Below, piece by piece: positions 52,101-57,219 of a DNA stretch of 57,219 bases. The position numbers were made by a program, and so were the translations under genes. The notes under the pieces were generated by a model. The model was not told the origin of the DNA, made no database searches, and worked only from the letters and a program-made list of their open reading frames with translations. This DNA comes from Paraglomus brasilianum (lineage: Eukaryota): NCBI GenBank assembly GCA_910592345.1, contig CAJVPI010000087.1, forward strand, positions 1 through 57,219. Reading direction: 5' to 3'. The number at the start of each line of letters is the position of its first letter. Within the stretch, counting starts at the first letter, position 1.

Positions 52101-54517
52101 ACCAGAGAATGTGCCACGTCTATTTGACTTGGTGAAGCCCAAAGATCCTCGGTTTGCTAGCGTATTCTACAAGGCACTTGGAAACACTCTTGTTGCTAGA
52201 GATCTCACTCAAGCGAATAGAATAGCGTTCGGCAAAACTCGATATCGCGTTGTTACCCTAGACGGTAGATTGATTGAAGCTTCTGGTGCTATGTCAGGAG
52301 GAGGATCGAAAGTATCTAGAGGCGGAATGAGTTCGAAGTTTGTTAGTGATGTTACTCAAAGTGTCGTTGACAAATTGACGAAAGAGCAAAATAAATGGGA
52401 GGAGAAGTGGCGTGAAGTGCAGGAAGAGAAGACAGAATTGGACAAGATGATTGAGGAAAAAAAGGAAGAGCTGCCGAAATTGGAAATGAAGCTTTCCAAA
52501 ATAGATATGGATTTGGATGCGTGTGGACAGGCTATTGTGGATGCACAAAAGAGCGTCGCCGAATTAAGGTGAGAATAAGGGATTGTGGAAAAGATTAAGA
52601 GTTCTGGCATGTGGGCTAAGGAATTTTTACGTGGTGCTGCACAGGAAGCAGAAAAAGCCAAATGTCGAAGATGGTCGTCGGATGGCACAATTACAGTCAA
52701 CTATCGAACAGTATACAACCAAAGTTACTCAATTAAAGAAGCAATCGGCAAAGATTGAAGACGTGATTAAAACTTTACAAGGAAAAATTCTTGAAATCGG
52801 TGGTGACAAACTAAGGAACCAAAAGACTAAAATTGATAATATTAAAGAGCGGATTGATACGGCAAACAATAACATCACGACGGCACAAGTGGCAAAGACC
52901 AAGGCTGAAAAAGACATCATTAAACTTGAAATTTCGATTTCTAAAGCAGAGAAAGAGGCAGAGACTTTAACCAAAGAGTTGGAGGAATTGGACCGACTTA
53001 TCGAGAAAAATGCGCTAGATACTTCTAAAATCAAAGCTGAAGTTCAGGAGGCCAAGAAGGTACTTACAAGGTTGCCTATTGTGTTGCTGATATCGGTTTT
53101 GACACAAACTATAATTGTAATACTTTAATACAGGTAATGGAGGCAAAAAAAGAAGAGCTAGCAACAATGAAACGCGAGCTTGACGAAAAAACAGCCGTAA
53201 TAAACGAAATTCGTGCATCGGAGGTATGAACTTGTGAGTGTTATATGGGGAGCGCCCGTCGATCGAATATTCATTGCAAATATTATGACTATTTCAGATT
53301 GTGATAAAGAACAAGTTGGAAGATTTTGAATCGGGCTTAGTTAACTGTAATCGTCAATTGAGACATTGGCAGTCAAAGCTAAAGGAACTCTCACTGCATA
53401 AACTTTCGTAAGTAATTCACACGCCAAAATATTCATTTTGGACTGAACACGGAATTAATTGACTTTCGTTTGAGCTATGCAGTGGTGAAGAGCATATTGA
53501 ACTGCAAACTTTTACAGATGACGAACTCATGGACTTTGATAAGGAAGAATTGCGGAAAGACATTGACGCACTCGAAGGTAGATTTATACTTTGTGCTTTC
53601 GGTTTTTCATCTGATGCATTTTTGTGCTTATACATTATATGCGACCTCCTGGTTTATTGAAATAGAGAAAATACAAAGTGCCAATCCCAATTTGTCTGTT
53701 CTCGAAGAATATCGTCAGCGTGAAGAAGAATACGCTATGCGAGCTAAAGATCTGGAAGAGGCAAGCGCGAGAAGTGATGCCGCCAAGCAAAAATATGAAG
53801 AGCTACGAAATTTACGATTCGACGAATTCATGAAAGGATTTACTTGCATTTCGCAAAAATTAAAGGAAATGTATCAGGTCGGTAATATTATATGCCATTT
53901 AGAGACGATAGTAAATAAGGGATTCGTCGGGTGACAATTGTTTTAACTTTTGTAGATGATTACACTTGGTGGCAATGCCGAGTTGGAGTTGGTAGACAGT
54001 CTAGATCCATTTTCCGAAGGCATTGTATTTAGTGTTATGCCACCAAAGAAAAGTTGGAAAAATATATCAAATCTATCTGGCGGTGAGAAGGTAATTCACT
54101 CCCGAAATTTGCTGCATTTGTTCGTAATTTATATTCAAAAACTGACTCATTTGTATTTAAAGACTTTGAGTTCCCTGGCATTGGTCTTTGCGCTTCACCA
54201 TTTCAAACCCACGCCCATATATGTAATGGATGAGATTGATGCAGCATTAGACTTTAGAAATGTCTCAATTGTGGCCAACTACATTAAAGAACGCACAAAG
54301 AATGCACAATTTATTATTATTAGTCTGCGAAATAACATGTTTGAGCTGGCTGATCGATTAGTGGGGATCTACAAGACTGAAGATAAAGTAAGTGTTCGTT
54401 TGTAAACGTCTTTGCGTAATACTCTCACCATTCTGACCATTTCCTTTTTTGCGTAATCAGACGAAGTCCATAACAGTGTCACCGACTGTGTTTGCGTCAG
54501 CTGTAGTTGCTGAGTGA
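49175..54517 (+). CDS. SMC4: Condensin subunit SMC4, ~20 exons
   Basis: RLVIEKLTLTNFKSFYG; Walker A VGPNGSGKSN; IDLDHKRFLILQGEVESI; hinge GRIRGLH-DRLGNLGVIDDKYDVAISTAC...RVVTLDGRLIEASGAMSGGG; LSGGEKTLSSLALVFALH; Walker B YVMDEIDAALDFRNVSIVA. Confidence 0.98.
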
Positions 54518-55139
54518 GGATTATGAGAATAGGTTTGTATGCTGTACCGTAATATCAAACTGTAATAAAGTGAAGTTTAAATCGAGTCCAATAACCAAGC
54601 ACGGACCAATATGTGGGCAGATTAAATCAAATGAAACTATGAAAGGGATTATTACGCAGTCTATTGTTTGAACGTTACGTGCCAATGGCCAGATTAAAAA
54701 AGCTGATGAATGAGCAACCGAAAATACATAATTTATACTGCAACGTCGAACTCATTGTCTACACGCAAACAGTCAAGCAATAACAAATAATCCTACCACC
54801 GTTGTAAGGAAATCTCGCATTTGGAAATGACGTGATCACGTTGAAACATGACCATCCGTTTTTATTATCACCGCTTATTTGAAAATAAAATTCAATATGA
54901 TTATTGGAAAAAATTAAAGAAATCCTTCAAATCGATACGGAATCAAAACATATAAAGTAGACCAGATGTCAATGATAGACTTGACAGGGGCCAGGGGGGT
55001 TTCTTTCTTGTGCGGGAAGGAGAGAATAAGGGTGTCGACATGGGTCATGGGACTTTTTTCCGAATATAGCAATGCTCGATTTTTTTATAAAATTTCAAGT
55101 TCGCAATTTACGTCAGGTTTTTTTTACATCAATAAAGTT

Positions 55140-55325
55140 TATTTGACTTTGTTAGCTTTAACTACAGCTTGAACACGGCGCTCCATACTTTCAACCAAAT
55201 TTCCATAAACTGATTCATCTATGTTAGATGCAACAGATTGAACAGTTCAGTTTCATTTTTTGGTAGAGGAATGCGCGCTTACGAATACGACGCTCTATTT
55301 CATCCCAAATATTCTCGATAGGAAT
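55140..55325 (-). mobile_element. Tc1-type transposase C-terminal remnant
   Basis: Minus-strand PIENIWDEIERRIRKR and NLVESMERRVQAVVKA are classic Tc1 motifs. Confidence 0.75.
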
Positions 55326-55689
55326 GAAAAGCGGTGTATTACTAATTGGCAGAGAAATCAAAAGCAACACTATTCGACGAGCCGTTAAGGTCAAATAACC
55401 CTAGAGCCGAGCCCTACTCAAGAAAAAAGAATCGTTGATAATCGGCGTGAAATCTATTTCGGGATGAACTACAAGCATATAATTAATTTCCCGGTGTGAC
55501 TACGTATATGTTAATACTCTATCATGCGACCAGACATTGCGATCCAGCAAATATGATTTTTTACATAATTGTTTTTTAGTCAGATTTTCACGCAGGCCAT
55601 CAAGTCTATTTTATTGATATATATATAAAAATACAAAGGATCGAAATATGTGAAGAAACTGTGGGACTCGGATTAGCATTTCGGGGCGG

Positions 55690-56566
55690 AAGTGTATTGG
55701 CTTGCTTTAATGCCTGCATTAGTAAGCTTTTGTTTACAATTGTAATATTTCTCAAAGTCAGTAATAGATGAATCAGAGGCCTCACAACGCCATGAAGTAA
55801 AAGGTATTTGAGTTGTTCGTTCTAACAATTTAACACCTCCTCTTTCCATTCTTTGTTATGTACAATGTTCATGAGCACATCCGGCACTTCAATATTATTA
55901 AGATTATTTACGAATTCATCGCATCTTGAAATAACCGAAGTGGGGAAAACGCATTTCATATTCTCACGGGGCTCTAAAAAAAGTTGCTTCTGTCTCGTCC
56001 CTAAAATGTTGAATCGTCGTAAATAATCATATTTGCCTCTGGATCACTAAGCATCAATCTTTCCGAACTTTCGTGGCGTAGATTGATTTTGAGGGCATTG
56101 TAGAGGGATATGTCTGCATCGGTCATCGGTGAGCCTAGCTTCGATATTAATATTAAGGTTCTTATATTCCGTTCTATCTCTTCTCTTGTACGGTCGAGGT
56201 TAGGCTCCTGATTCGTCTTCAGTCCTTTTACTGCGTCCAACCCCACGACACTTTTATATCCAACCTCCATCTACAGCAAATACGATAAGTTACATTTGTG
56301 GCCACAAAATTAAAAACCCTATATATTACACGTGAACATTCAGATTCTATCTAACGAACAATAGAGTATTTTTGTTTTCCACTATAGAACTGCATACAGT
56401 TAGGGGGTAGCAAGAAACCCTCGACATCGTGAGGAAATTTTCCTGACAACATCGCTCTTCCGGGCCGGCGTCCCCAACCAGCAGTATATAAAACAAACTC
56501 TGTAGTATTTGCTGTGAAATCATCGCAATGTGAATTATAGAAAAGATTAAATATGGGATGTACCAA
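55690..56566 (-). pseudogene. Interrupted hypothetical gene
   Basis: Protein-like segments at 56566-56370 and 56270-56001 are separated by an intron-like gap and continue through stops; no family recognised. Confidence 0.35.
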
Positions 56567-57049
56567 CCTGTGGTAAAAATTCCAACACTCTCATTCTTCG
56601 ATCGAAAAATCAGTTGTTATTTTTGTTAATGAGGAATTTACTGCACGCTCCGTATATAAAATATAATAAAGTAGGCATATATATAAACATATGCATGACA
56701 TAATAATAACATAAATATTAATGATTCGCTATTACTCAATAATTATGAGTATAGAGTAATTGTGCCATATTACATCACTCCAGCAGATATTAAAAAGAAC
56801 ATTAATGAAAGATGAAGTTGGGTCCTATCAAATATGTGGACCAAAATCTAGTAACAATGATATACAGGGAAAAGCTTGTTTTTTCACAAACTAAAACAGC
56901 AAAAGTTGGTTCTGCTGTTGCTAGTGATGCAACTGTGCAGATATTAATATTAAAAAGAACACTAATAGAAGACTGAACAATTATATGGGGCAGACTGCAA
57001 CAAAACCAGACAAAGTGAACATTCTATTATTGACATAAATGAGAGGCTG

Positions 57050-57219
57050 CTGTAAAATTGACCAGCATGGCTGATGGCATTTTGAAAAGTAATAATGATA
57101 AATGGTGTTATTCATAACTTATGGAGTTGTTAATTTTAATGCTCCCTTTATCATACCAGAAGGTGAGGAATATAAACCATAACAGGAGTAATATAGGGTT
57201 ATCTCTATATATAAAAATA
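57050..57219 (+). repeat. Dispersed repeat, copy 2 (direct copy of 2883-3044)
   Basis: Direct sequence comparison; the upstream motif atatgggg(g)cagactg recurs near 2495, 14950 and 56984. Confidence 0.9.

Noticed and set aside
52294..53218. Minus-strand ORFs within SMC4
   Set aside because: Antisense shadows of coiled-coil exons.

Overview
This is AT-rich, intron-containing eukaryotic DNA. It is probably from an arbuscular mycorrhizal (Glomeromycota-like) fungus, which I infer from gene structure and repeat content and have not confirmed. Four intact spliced genes can be rebuilt by hand: centrin/CDC31 (5 exons), a makorin-type CCCH/RING E3 ligase (6 exons), an orphan 7-TM GPCR-like protein (3 exons, minus strand) and condensin SMC4 (~20 exons). 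The rest is accessory DNA: a three-copy intronless membrane-protein family in graded decay, a TIR-bounded pogo/Tigger element with a nested fragment, Tc1 remnants, several MITEs with TA, 5-bp and 9-bp target-site duplications, a broken PLAC8 gene, and a decayed virus-like cluster (AEP primase, D5-type C-terminus, Zn ribbon, SUKH/US22-like ORF). The best lead is the makorin locus. The 5' splice site of its 885-nt intron 2 overlaps an in-frame stop (CCG|GTATGTTAA), so one gene could make either a RING-less Lee1/Cps3-type protein (736 aa) or a full makorin E3 ligase (1016 aa). All family assignments come from motif recognition by eye; no database searches were run.
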